From Pseudomonadota bacterium (GTDB taxonomy: Bacteria > Bdellovibrionota > FAC87 > UBA2466): 25,637 nucleotides of DNA. The DNA lies in contig JAYSWN010000141.1 of the NCBI GenBank assembly GCA_043718025.1, positions 1 through 25,637 of the forward strand. The letters run 5' to 3'. Position 1 is the stretch's first letter, and every line of letters starts with the position of its first letter. Shown here one piece after another: positions 16,944 to 25,637 of the stretch. The translations under genes were made by a program, and so were the position numbers. The notes under the pieces were generated by a model. It saw only the letters and a list, made by a program, of their open reading frames with translations, was not told the origin of the DNA and did no database searches.

Positions 16944-18452
16944 GTGATGAGTGCCGTAGCCCTAGAATTTCGGGCCGTCACCAAAGCTTACGGTAGCTTC
17001 CTCGCTAACGATGGTGTCTCTTTTTCTGTCCTCCCTGGCCATTTTCACGGCATCGTCGGAGAAAATGGCGCCGGTAAATCGACGCTGATGAAAATGCTCT
17101 ACGGTTTGGAAACACCTACCTCGGGCGAGATTTTTCTAAAGGGAAAGGCCACCAGCCTGAACTCTCCCCAACAGGCAATTCTGAATGGCGTGGGAATGGT
17201 GCACCAACACTTCCATTTGGTGGGAAGCCTTCCCGCTTGGAAGAACGTGGTGCTGGGGGCCGAAAAATGGAAGTTAGACAAAGACGAATTACTGGCCCGT
17301 CTAAAAACGATTTCGGACGACGCCGGAATATCTGTACCGCTTGACGTGCCGGTGGAGGCCTTGAGCGTTGGCGAACGGCAGCAAGTGGAACTCTTAAAGC
17401 TACTGTTTCGCGACCCGAGCATTCTCATTCTAGATGAACCCACCGCGCTGCTCACCCCCCAAGAGGTCGATAAATTGCTCGAACGCCTTTCTAAGCTAAA
17501 GGCCCGGGGCAAGACCATTCTGTTCGTAACCCATAAATTGCGCGAAATTTTAAAATTTACCGATTCGGTCACCGTGCTTCGCCTCGGTAAAGTTACCCTC
17601 AACGGCGATACCGGCCAGTTTAATCAAGACTCCCTGGCCGAAGCAATTATCGGCAAAAAAAGGGTGAAACTGGTGCGGCCCGAAATTGTGCCAAGTACCG
17701 ACATCGTTTTAGAACTGAAAGAAGCGACGCTAGCCGGGGATACGAAGCGCGGCGCATGTGCCCTACTCGATAAGATTTCGCTTAAAGTTCATCGGGGTGA
17801 AATTTTGGGCATTGCCGGGGTTGAAGGCAATGGACAGCACGAACTTGTGGAGATTGTGGCCGGACTTCGTCAGCTCACCTCGGGGGACTGCCTCGTTGTG
17901 GGTAAGCATTTAAAGCGAAGTGCCGAGGGCAGCCGTAACCCTGACGTGGCCGTCATTCCACCCGATCGCCATCACGACGGATTGGTTTTAGATTTTTCGG
18001 TTTGGGAAAATGCCTTGCTCGGACACCAGCGCCAAGGCCGCTACTGCAAAAGAGGCTGGGTCGACCTAAACGAAGCTAAAGTTGGCGCCGATGAAATTAT
18101 TTGCGATTACGACGTGCGGCCAACCGACGCCACCCTGGCGATTCGGAGTCTATCGGGGGGGAACCAGCAAAAGGTAATAATGGGTCGCGAGCTCGCCCTC
18201 CACCGGAAGTTGGTGGTTGCCGCCCACCCCACACGCGGAGTCGACATCGGCGCCATGGATGCCATTCACCAAAGGTTGCTAGCGCTGAAGGAAAGCGGCG
18301 TTGGAATTCTGCTCTTATCCTCTGAGCTTGACGAAATTTTAAGATTAAGCGACCGCATCATCGTCTTTTACCGCGGTGGTATCCAAGGCGAAACCTCGTG
18401 GAAAGAGGCCTCGGAACAGAGGCTGGGCAGTTGGATGATGGGTGCCCAATGA
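16944..18452 (+). CDS. Nucleoside/sugar ABC transporter ATPase with tandem ABC domains (CUT2 type)
   Basis: GENGAGKS, 'GMVHQHF', 'LILDEPT'; the second domain has 'GIAGVEGNGQ', 'LSGGNQQK' and 'PTRGVDIG'. Confidence 0.94.
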   Translation: MMSAVALEFRAVTKAYGSFLANDGVSFSVLPGHFHGIVGENGAGKSTLMKMLYGLETPTSGEIFLKGKATSLNSPQQAILNGVGMVHQHFHLVGSLPAWKNVVLGAEKWKLDKDELLARLKTISDDAGISVPLDVPVEALSVGERQQVELLKLLFRDPSILILDEPTALLTPQEVDKLLERLSKLKARGKTILFVTHKLREILKFTDSVTVLRLGKVTLNGDTGQFNQDSLAEAIIGKKRVKLVRPEIVPSTDIVLELKEATLAGDTKRGACALLDKISLKVHRGEILGIAGVEGNGQHELVEIVAGLRQLTSGDCLVVGKHLKRSAEGSRNPDVAVIPPDRHHDGLVLDFSVWENALLGHQRQGRYCKRGWVDLNEAKVGADEIICDYDVRPTDATLAIRSLSGGNQQKVIMGRELALHRKLVVAAHPTRGVDIGAMDAIHQRLLALKESGVGILLLSSELDEILRLSDRIIVFYRGGIQGETSWKEASEQRLGSWMMGAQ

Positions 18453-19573
18453 AGAGTGAAAACGGATTTCGCACCCGAACCAAACACTTAGCACCTGCGG
18501 TGCTCGCCACTTTTTTTGCGTTGCTCATGGCGAGTCTCTTGCTAGTGCTCGTGGGTGAACGGCCTACTCTTTTGGCCGAAGCCATTGCCCACTCTTTGTT
18601 CACCAGTTTTGGTTTGGGTTATACGCTTTTTTATACCACCCCTCTTATCTTCACCGGACTGGCCGTCGCCATTCCTTACCGAGCCGGTTTATTTAATATT
18701 GGGGCTGAAGGGCAGCTAACCTGGGGAGCGATTGCGGTAGTGATTGCGACCCGTTTCTTTTCGTTTCTGCCCGCCCCATTAGGAATTTTGGTTGGAATTT
18801 TTTCGGGAATGCTGATGGGCGCCGCTTGGGGCGGCCTGGCCGGTTGGTGGAAAGCAAAGCGCGGCGCCCACGAAGTGATCGTCACCATTCTCTTAAATTT
18901 TATTGCCGTGGGCATCGTCGATTACTTGTTGCTCTACTCCTTCGATGATCCAGAAATACAGGCACCGCAAACGCTTCCCATTCCGCCCGAGTTTCAGCTG
19001 CCCTTGCTTTCCGATCTGTTTTCAAAGCTCGGGCTCGATTGGTTTACCACCACGCCCGTAAATTTTTCGCTTTTTCTCGCCGTAGCGCTCGCCATTCTTT
19101 GTCACACTTTGATGAAGCACACGCCCCTTGGTTTTGAACTTCGCGTAGTGGGACGCAATCCGCGCGCCGCCGCGTTTTCGGGAATGTCGGTGCCCAAACT
19201 TACCGCCTTGGCCATGGCCATTGGCGGAGGCCTCGCCGGATTAGTCGGCGTGAACGAGGTGATGGGGTACCGCCACGCCATGATCGAAGGATTTTCTCCG
19301 GGCTACGGCTTCACCGGAATTGCCGTGGCGCTTTTAGCCCGAGCCAACCCGGTGGGAATTTTAGGAACGGCTTTTCTCTTTGGCACTCTTCACAACTCGG
19401 CCCGCGAGCTTGAGTTTCTTTCGGACCACGTTAGTAAAGAGCTGTCGATGGTGCTGCAAGGGGTACTGGTGGCCTTGGCCGCGAGCAATGGACTGGGCGA
19501 TTGGCTGAAGAAGAAATGGCACGACCGTCGGCCAAAAAAACGCTCCGAAACTACGGAGGCCAATAATGGATGA
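18449..19573 (+). CDS. Nucleoside ABC transporter permease
   Basis: 'PLIFTGLAVA..RAGLFNIGAEGQ', 'HEVIVTILLN' and 'GYGFTGIAVALL'. ATG at 18449 overlaps the ATPase stop (ATGA). Confidence 0.93.
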   Translation: MKSENGFRTRTKHLAPAVLATFFALLMASLLLVLVGERPTLLAEAIAHSLFTSFGLGYTLFYTTPLIFTGLAVAIPYRAGLFNIGAEGQLTWGAIAVVIATRFFSFLPAPLGILVGIFSGMLMGAAWGGLAGWWKAKRGAHEVIVTILLNFIAVGIVDYLLLYSFDDPEIQAPQTLPIPPEFQLPLLSDLFSKLGLDWFTTTPVNFSLFLAVALAILCHTLMKHTPLGFELRVVGRNPRAAAFSGMSVPKLTALAMAIGGGLAGLVGVNEVMGYRHAMIEGFSPGYGFTGIAVALLARANPVGILGTAFLFGTLHNSARELEFLSDHVSKELSMVLQGVLVALAASNGLGDWLKKKWHDRRPKKRSETTEANNG

Positions 19574-20483
19574 GTTACTGGCCTCTACACTTCGGTTGGC
19601 GACACCGCTGATCTTTGCCGCCATGGGTGGCGTGATTGCCGAACGCGCCGGTATTGCCACGATCTGTCTGGAAGGTGCCTTAATTATGGCCGCGTGGGTT
19701 GCGGCGGTAATCAACCTCACCTCGCACGATCCCTATCTTGCCACCTTTGGCGCGCTGTTTGCTGGCGCGTTTGCGCTGGGCCTTCACTCGCTGTTGGTTC
19801 AACACGGAAAGGCGGGTGCCATCGTTAGTGGCGTCGCGGTCAACTTTATCTGTAGCGGCTTGCCGCCGGTGTTGAACAAGGCTTTCTTTGGAAGCCCCAC
19901 CAACACCCCGTCGCTGCCAATGGCCATCCGTTTTTCGAACTGGACCGTTCCGGGCTTAAGCCAAATTCCCTTTCTGGGTAAAGTGCTGTTCGATCACAAA
20001 CCGCTCGTCTATCTGGCGCTGATTCTGCCCTTTGGCCTTCACTATTTTTTGCAACACACGGGCCCGGGTTTGAGATTATGGGCAGCGGGTGACGGGGCCG
20101 CGGCGCTCAGAGCGGCCGGGGGTAATGTGGTGCGAGTGCGTTGGTGGGCGCTTCTACTCGCCGGCGCCGTGGTGAGTTTAGGGGGAACGTTTCTATCGAT
20201 CTCTCACGCCAGTCAATTCACTCGCGACATGACCGCGGGACGCGGTTTCATCGCTTTGGCGGCCGTGATTTTCGGCAAATGGAAACCGGTGCCGGCGTTC
20301 CTAGCTTGTCTGCTATTTGGGCTGGTCGACGCATTGCAGATTCGCCTGCAAAGCAGTGATCTCATCGGAATTAACTTTCCGGTGCAATTCATTCAAATAT
20401 TTCCGTACGTGGTAACGCTAGTTGTGCTGCTCGGTTGGGTAGGAAGTTCACGGCCGCCGAAGGCGATCACTGAAGAGAACTAA
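19566..20483 (+). CDS. Nucleoside ABC transporter permease
   Basis: 'TPLIFAAMGG..AERAG...LEG', 'GRGFIALAAVIFGKWKP' and 'FPYVVTL'. SD GGAGG. Confidence 0.93.
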   Translation: MDELLASTLRLATPLIFAAMGGVIAERAGIATICLEGALIMAAWVAAVINLTSHDPYLATFGALFAGAFALGLHSLLVQHGKAGAIVSGVAVNFICSGLPPVLNKAFFGSPTNTPSLPMAIRFSNWTVPGLSQIPFLGKVLFDHKPLVYLALILPFGLHYFLQHTGPGLRLWAAGDGAAALRAAGGNVVRVRWWALLLAGAVVSLGGTFLSISHASQFTRDMTAGRGFIALAAVIFGKWKPVPAFLACLLFGLVDALQIRLQSSDLIGINFPVQFIQIFPYVVTLVVLLGWVGSSRPPKAITEEN

Positions 20484-20498
20484 AATCCGCGTTCGCAA

Positions 20499-21650
20499 TT
20501 ACTCGTCGCCGTAAGGATAACCAACCGGCGATCCGCCCGGATTGCGGTAAGAATACCAGTTGTTGTGATCGTAAAAATCAAAACCCACGTTCCATGGCGA
20601 AGGCTCCGCCCCACTCACTTGATAGGCGGCGGGGTTGGCCACCAGATCCAAAAAGTTGCTTTTGCGGGTCCACGATCGCACGTAAAGTTGAATTTCGGCG
20701 ATGATTTCTTGTGAGGTGTCTAAGCAGTAAAAATCATAAACGGGGCTGGTCGTGTAAGAACGAATTCCATCGCTTACCGTTGTAAAGGCGACCGGTTTAC
20801 CCGCCGAGCCACTAAAGTCAGCGCTATCGTAGAAGTTAGCGGCATGAACGTTTTGTGATTTGCCGAGCGTGACTGGCCCGGCCACGGAGTAGACTTCGTT
20901 CAATCCGGTACCACCGACGTAGACAATAGACATGCGCGGCCGCCCGTAATTGTCCTTGGCTTGGGTCTGCATCGCGGGGCCAGACAGACAATTCGCGGGG
21001 TTGCCACCCCAAGGAACATTATTGGTCGTCGCCACCTTGTAACTCAAAAGCGTCGTATCCCAACTACGCGAGGTCAACGTATACGTTCCGCCGCAGCAGT
21101 TTTTACCTTCGTCCACGTAGTTAAAAGCACACGGCGGAGTTTTGTACGCCGTATCTATGATGCCATCGTTGTTAGAATCAAGACCGGTGTTGTTGGTAGA
21201 GTCGGTATCGAGCTGTGCGGTCAGATTGCCCCGACCGGCCGGACGCTGAAAATAGTGGTAAGGCACGTGCACAAAATAAGAACACATCGAAGGCGGTATG
21301 TTGTACTGAATGCCTATGCCTTGAACGTAGAGATCCAACTCTTGAGCTTCGATATAGCAGGTGATCTGTTCGCCCGCGACCGCCACGCATTTTGTACCCA
21401 TGGTGCTGTTCCCCTTGTGGGAAACATACGTATATTTTGTATTCTGAAGATGCTGTACGTAAAAACCATCGGTTTCGCTCGCCACGCCAACCGGAGGATT
21501 CGGGGGGGCGGTGGGCAAACCGGGAATAGAGGGCTCTGCGGCCGGGGCCGGAAGGCCATCGATCTTTCCGCAGCCTACTAGGTACGCCTCGACGAGCAAA
21601 AATGACAATACGCCCAACATTTTTGCCCAGAACAATCTCTGTGGTTTCAT
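20499..21650 (-). CDS. Cys-rich lipoprotein of unknown function
   Basis: Lipobox LVG-C, Pro-rich linker, 8 further Cys and a DSNNDGIID motif. The ATG at 21650 has SD GAGG; an alternative GTG at 21662 overlaps the upstream stop. Confidence 0.75.
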   Translation of the reverse strand: MKPQRLFWAKMLGVLSFLLVEAYLVGCGKIDGLPAPAAEPSIPGLPTAPPNPPVGVASETDGFYVQHLQNTKYTYVSHKGNSTMGTKCVAVAGEQITCYIEAQELDLYVQGIGIQYNIPPSMCSYFVHVPYHYFQRPAGRGNLTAQLDTDSTNNTGLDSNNDGIIDTAYKTPPCAFNYVDEGKNCCGGTYTLTSRSWDTTLLSYKVATTNNVPWGGNPANCLSGPAMQTQAKDNYGRPRMSIVYVGGTGLNEVYSVAGPVTLGKSQNVHAANFYDSADFSGSAGKPVAFTTVSDGIRSYTTSPVYDFYCLDTSQEIIAEIQLYVRSWTRKSNFLDLVANPAAYQVSGAEPSPWNVGFDFYDHNNWYSYRNPGGSPVGYPYGDE

Positions 21651-21658
21651 TGCTTGCC

Positions 21659-22348
21659 TCACCAGCTAAAGCCTATGTCGTAAAGCACGGCGGGATAGAA
21701 TACGCCGATACGGTATCGAAAATCGTTGACGTGAATTTGTTCGTAGTAAAAGCCTCCACCCGAAATTCCCGTATTAAAATGTCCCCACCGCCAGCGATAT
21801 CCCACGGTGGCGCCCAATACGAATGACGGTTGGTTGCCGGCGGCACTTCCATCTAAGAACCGCACTTTAGCTGTACTGAATCCCAATCCCGCAAAAACCC
21901 AAACTCCCTTTAGATCACTTAAGGAGTAGGCAGAAACACCGAGCATGCCGCCCAGATGTTCGCTCTCCGTTCCTTCAAATTGGTATTTGAAGGTGAATCC
22001 CGTGACTCCAATCGAAACGCGTTTGGCGACAAGAAAATTTACCGAAACTTGCGGGTAGATGAGATTGGCGCCTACGTTGATGCTAATTAGGTCGCGCTCA
22101 TTCTTTTTTGGAAATCGGTAGTTAGGAATCCAGCCTTCCGGCACTTCGCGGGTTCGAGTTTTTTCGCCCTCTTCTTCCTCTTCCGGAATCAAGGGGCGCT
22201 CCACCGTGCCCACCTGCGGAGCCGGAGGTACGATACTTTCAGGGCCGGGGGCGATTTTTTTTGGGTCGGCAGGGGCTGATTTGTCAGCTCCGGCCGCAAA
22301 GGCGTGGAGTGAGAAAAGTAGCCCAATAATGAGTGTCATGGCCTTCAT
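21659..22348 (-). CDS. Predicted outer-membrane beta-barrel protein with a Pro/Glu-rich N-terminal linker
   Basis: Signal peptide ending AFA; strands 'VWVFAGLG', 'GATVGYRWRW', 'GISGGGFY'; C-terminal 'YDIGFSW'. SD AGGTG. Confidence 0.7.
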   Translation of the reverse strand: MKAMTLIIGLLFSLHAFAAGADKSAPADPKKIAPGPESIVPPAPQVGTVERPLIPEEEEEGEKTRTREVPEGWIPNYRFPKKNERDLISINVGANLIYPQVSVNFLVAKRVSIGVTGFTFKYQFEGTESEHLGGMLGVSAYSLSDLKGVWVFAGLGFSTAKVRFLDGSAAGNQPSFVLGATVGYRWRWGHFNTGISGGGFYYEQIHVNDFRYRIGVFYPAVLYDIGFSW

Positions 22349-22365
22349 CGATTCACCTACTGAAG

Positions 22366-22393
22366 GTTTCGGTAAAAGGCTTAACTTTCTTTA
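22366..22393 (-). promoter_or_regulatory. Possible sigma28-type promoter for the barrel-lipoprotein pair
   Basis: The minus strand reads TAAAG-aaagttaagcctttt-ACCGAAAC, with the same spacer length and the same 17-nt distance to the ATG as the PilZ promoter. Confidence 0.45.
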
Positions 22394-22402
22394 GAGTAGC
22401 GG

Positions 22403-23470
22403 CTACTTAACCGCGTCAACCAGGCGGGAGCGGACTTCCCCTAACATTTCAAGGGTGTGCTCAACCTCATCGGGGGTGTGTAACGCCAAGCCACAGGCGG
22501 GCGTGAGCAGCGAGTTGGTCAAAACCTGAGTACGCTGCTCAAGGGACAGGCCACTGCCGTAAAGTTTTTCTAGGAAATTTTTAGCGATGACTTCGGCGGT
22601 GAGTTCTTTGCCCTTGATTGAAGGGATCATGCCGAACGATAAGCGCCCCCCCCGATCGATAAAGGCCCCCAATTCTGGGGTCGAAAGTATCGATTCCAAA
22701 GACAAGTTCACGTCAACCGATAACACATCGACTTCCGTCAACATCAAAGCCCCCCACGCGGTATCACTGCAACAATGGATACCCACTTCCGCCCCCTCTT
22801 TGCGCAAGGTCTTTACGCAGACTCCCAATTCGCTCAGGCCCAAGGCGTGGCGAAGGTGACCGGGATTTAGTCCGTAGAGTCCGGGCTCATCAAAAAAGAA
22901 TAGAGAATTCATGCCGCGCCGTTTTGCCGCGCGAACCATGGCAATTGAACGCGCGAGCACTAAACGATAGGCCTGCGACGCCACGTCGGTCCAATCCTTG
23001 CCCCGCGAAGACCCTTTCACTCGCACCGACCATTGAGTGGTAAGCGGCCCGGCCAGTTGCATTTTACAAAACTTTAGCTGCCGTTCCTGCAACTCCCACA
23101 GAAACGGCTGGAAGCAACTATAGGAATGTGGTTTGGGTTCAAACCGCGAAAAAGCGTCTTCATCGGTGGAACGAGAAAAACTTTCGAGTAACGCCTCGTC
23201 AATTTCTCTAGCCCGAGTTGCCCAGACATCAAGGTTGAGATCCGCGCCGCCCTCGAGCGAAACCTCGAGGCCCGGCAGTCCATCGAGCGCCTGGGGAATC
23301 ATATATTCGGCAGGTTTACGAATAGGAATTTGCGGCAGGTACGGAATGGAATACCGAAATGAATACTCCAACGCCGAATCCACATTGTGGTGAGGCAAAC
23401 TTCCAATCGCCGTAGTGGGAAGTACGCTGTCCATCGTCGTAATTTTCTCTTTTTTGTCTTTTGCGTTCAC
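22403..23470 (-). CDS. Core (single-barrel) MetE-like methionine synthase family protein
   Basis: 'PTTAIGSLPH', 'PYLPQIP', 'KMQLAGPLT', 'FFDEPGL', and Zn ligands in 'GIHCCS' and 'TPACGL'. GTGA overlap with the metH stop; alternative ATG at 23434. Confidence 0.82.
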   Translation of the reverse strand: MNAKDKKEKITTMDSVLPTTAIGSLPHHNVDSALEYSFRYSIPYLPQIPIRKPAEYMIPQALDGLPGLEVSLEGGADLNLDVWATRAREIDEALLESFSRSTDEDAFSRFEPKPHSYSCFQPFLWELQERQLKFCKMQLAGPLTTQWSVRVKGSSRGKDWTDVASQAYRLVLARSIAMVRAAKRRGMNSLFFFDEPGLYGLNPGHLRHALGLSELGVCVKTLRKEGAEVGIHCCSDTAWGALMLTEVDVLSVDVNLSLESILSTPELGAFIDRGGRLSFGMIPSIKGKELTAEVIAKNFLEKLYGSGLSLEQRTQVLTNSLLTPACGLALHTPDEVEHTLEMLGEVRSRLVDAVK

Positions 23471-25635
23471 GACTCAACTCCCCCAAAATCTGCGCCGCCC
23501 TGGCCAACCGAAAAATAACAGGCCTGGGGATGGTGAAAGGCCAGAGCCGAAACGCTCGCTTCGGGATCCATCATGAACCCCTCGGTTAGCTGCATGCCGA
23601 TCTCTTCGGGCCTTAAGCAATCAAATAACAGACGCTGATCGTCTAACCTCGGACAGGCCGGGTAGCCAAAGGAATACCGTTTGCCCGAGTACTTGGCTTG
23701 AAATCGTTCGAGCATCGTCATCTCCGGAGGATCGGCCTTACCCCATTGGCTGCGTATTTTAGAGTGAATAAACTCGGCATAAGCTTCCGCCGATTCCATG
23801 GCCAGAACTTGAATGATGTGGGATTTTAAATAGTCGCCGCGTAGTTTCAGGTTTTCGGATAGCTCGCGTACTCCGCGACCAACGGTTACCGCAAATAACG
23901 CAAGATTGTCTTTGAGGTCATCTAACTTGGGCACTTTAACGCCCTCTGCCAAAGGCTGAATGAAATCCGCCAAGCAAAGCCCATCGAGCGCACTTTGCCG
24001 AGGAAACTCGATCACTTTTAAAACCGGCTTGCCGCCGTCACGAAAGCCCAGCCAAATCTGATTGCCCGAACTGGCCGCTCTCGCAAAACGGTAAACTGCC
24101 CCCGTCTTAAAAAACTCGGTGCCGCGGTACTCGCCCTTCACTTCGTTTACCGCTTGGTAAATTGCGTAAGTTTTGGGGTCGCTAATTTTCAGCGCCTCTT
24201 CCTCTTTCTTGCCAATCCCCTCTAAGTTACGAGCGATACCACCCTTAATTCCAAGGTGCCGACCGTAGAGCATCATTGGGTTCATAAACGGCCACAACAA
24301 TTCGGCCGGTGTGTTGCGGATCACATGCCGTTCCTCGTCAGGGGCCGATGGCACCGCCGCGAGCACAGGAATTTTTGTCGATCGTTTAGTCGAAACCGGC
24401 ACTGGGGCGGCGGTTGATTTCACCACCTCGGGAAGCACTTCCGCCGCAAATTTAGCTTCTAGTGCCGCACGCAGAGCGGGATCAACGATAGTTTTAGCCA
24501 GGTCTAAACCGGTCATCGCATCTTTCGCGTAAGCCACGGTTCCGCCATAAGCGGGCCGAATTTGCCGTTGCACGAAACCCGGAGTCAGGGCGGCGCCGCC
24601 AACCAACATGGCCGGCGTGGCTCCGGAGCGGGTCATGTCTTCGGCGGTGATCACCATTTGCTGCGCCGATTTCACCAGCAAGCCAGAAAGCCCCACGATG
24701 TCGGGCTTGTGTTCTCGAATCGCCTCAATCAGTTTCTCGGGGGGCACTTTAATCCCCAGGTTCACCACGTGGAAACCGTTGTTGGCTAAAATAATTTCGA
24801 CCAAATTCTTTCCGATATCGTGAACATCGCCTTTCACCGTGGCCAACAAAATCTTGCCTCGCGATGACATGTTTTTGCGTTCCATTTTGGTTTCTAAGAA
24901 ACCCACCGCGGCTTTCATCACTTCGGCCGATTGCAGCACTTCAGCTACAATTAGCTGATTCTTGCCAAACAACTTGCCCACTTCATCCATGCCGGCCATG
25001 AGCGGTCCGTTAATGACCTCAAGCGGCGGGTACTTCGCCAACGCTTCAGTGATGTCGGCAATCAACCCTTCTTTGCTGCCTTCCACCACGTAGCGGGCCA
25101 ATCGTTCTTCGAGGGTAAGCAGCGATTTTGCCTCTTCTTTGATACGCGGCTTTTTTGAACGGAAGTGATCGGCAAAGGTCATGATCGGATCGGCACCACG
25201 GTTGTAGAGCAGATCTTCAGAAAGCTTTCTCTCTTCTGCAGAAATGTCGGCGTAACGCTCAAGTTTCTCGCTGTTTACAATGGCGTAGTCCAGACCAGCC
25301 TGAACGCAGAGGTAAAGAAATACGGAGTTTAGGACCTCGCGCCCCTCGGGAGGCAGGCCAAAACTGACATTCGAAACGCCCAAGATCGTTTTTGTCTCGG
25401 GGAATTTTTGTTTGATGAGCCGAATGCCTTCAATGGTTTCAACCGCCGATCCCACGTAATTCACGTCGCCCGAAGCGCACGGAAACACCAACGGGTCCCA
25501 GATAATATTTCGTGGGTGTAGCTTATATTTTTTTGTTAGCAGTTCGTAAGATCGTTCGGCGACCGCCAATTTACGATCGCGCGTTACCGCCATGCCTTGA
25601 ACAGGATCTTCGTCGATTGTGCCAACCACCACCGC
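23467..25635 (-). CDS. metH: Cobalamin-dependent methionine synthase MetH, 5'-truncated by the window
   Basis: End of the pterin-binding domain ('GVSNVSFG'), cap domain ('GPLMAGMDEVG'), B12 motif 'GDVHDIGKN' with 'SGLL' and 'GGA', and reactivation domain 'RYSFGYPACP'. The frame is open to the window edge. Confidence 0.96.
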   Translation of the reverse strand, partial: AVVVGTIDEDPVQGMAVTRDRKLAVAERSYELLTKKYKLHPRNIIWDPLVFPCASGDVNYVGSAVETIEGIRLIKQKFPETKTILGVSNVSFGLPPEGREVLNSVFLYLCVQAGLDYAIVNSEKLERYADISAEERKLSEDLLYNRGADPIMTFADHFRSKKPRIKEEAKSLLTLEERLARYVVEGSKEGLIADITEALAKYPPLEVINGPLMAGMDEVGKLFGKNQLIVAEVLQSAEVMKAAVGFLETKMERKNMSSRGKILLATVKGDVHDIGKNLVEIILANNGFHVVNLGIKVPPEKLIEAIREHKPDIVGLSGLLVKSAQQMVITAEDMTRSGATPAMLVGGAALTPGFVQRQIRPAYGGTVAYAKDAMTGLDLAKTIVDPALRAALEAKFAAEVLPEVVKSTAAPVPVSTKRSTKIPVLAAVPSAPDEERHVIRNTPAELLWPFMNPMMLYGRHLGIKGGIARNLEGIGKKEEEALKISDPKTYAIYQAVNEVKGEYRGTEFFKTGAVYRFARAASSGNQIWLGFRDGGKPVLKVIEFPRQSALDGLCLADFIQPLAEGVKVPKLDDLKDNLALFAVTVGRGVRELSENLKLRGDYLKSHIIQVLAMESAEAYAEFIHSKIRSQWGKADPPEMTMLERFQAKYSGKRYSFGYPACPRLDDQRLLFDCLRPEEIGMQLTEGFMMDPEASVSALAFHHPQACYFSVGQGGADFGGVES

Positions 25636-25637
25636 CG

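Noticed and set aside
16944..18452. Degenerate motifs in the nucleoside ABC ATPase (LSVGE signature, GVEGNGQH Walker A)
   Set aside because: This is the normal pattern for tandem-domain CUT2 ATPases.
20961..21581. 206-aa plus-strand ORF
   Set aside because: It is antisense to the lipoprotein gene, which has a lipobox, an SD and operon context.
1..25637. CRISPR arrays, IS elements, integrases, rRNA/tRNA genes, SAM or B12 riboswitches
   Set aside because: By eye I found no spaced direct repeats, transposase motifs or matching RNA consensus. The metH leader lies outside the window.

Overview
A gene-dense chromosomal window of roughly 50% GC (by eye), probably from a diderm bacterium of Bdellovibrionota/deltaproteobacterial type; the taxonomy is inferred from gene content. 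In order it holds: a 5'-truncated YejABE-like peptide ABC importer; a PilZ-domain gene with a sigma28-like promoter; miaE coupled to a GT-A glycosyltransferase; a secreted hypothetical protein; a GT-C-like membrane protein; a minus-strand run of mlaF-mlaF-mlaE-mlaE-mlaD, an outer-membrane barrel and an orphan histidine kinase; a BMP-family nucleoside ABC importer; an outer-membrane barrel plus Cys-rich lipoprotein pair; and a 5'-truncated metH coupled to a core MetE-like methionine synthase. I saw no rRNA, intact tRNA, CRISPR array or mobile element. The main observations are: (1) the two MlaF ATPases carry complementary motif defects, predicting a heterodimeric MCE transporter with one active ATP site; (2) several sigma28-like promoters; (3) the metH and core-synthase coupling; (4) the miaE and glycosyltransferase coupling; (5) a candidate structured RNA at about 3.5-3.65 kb.
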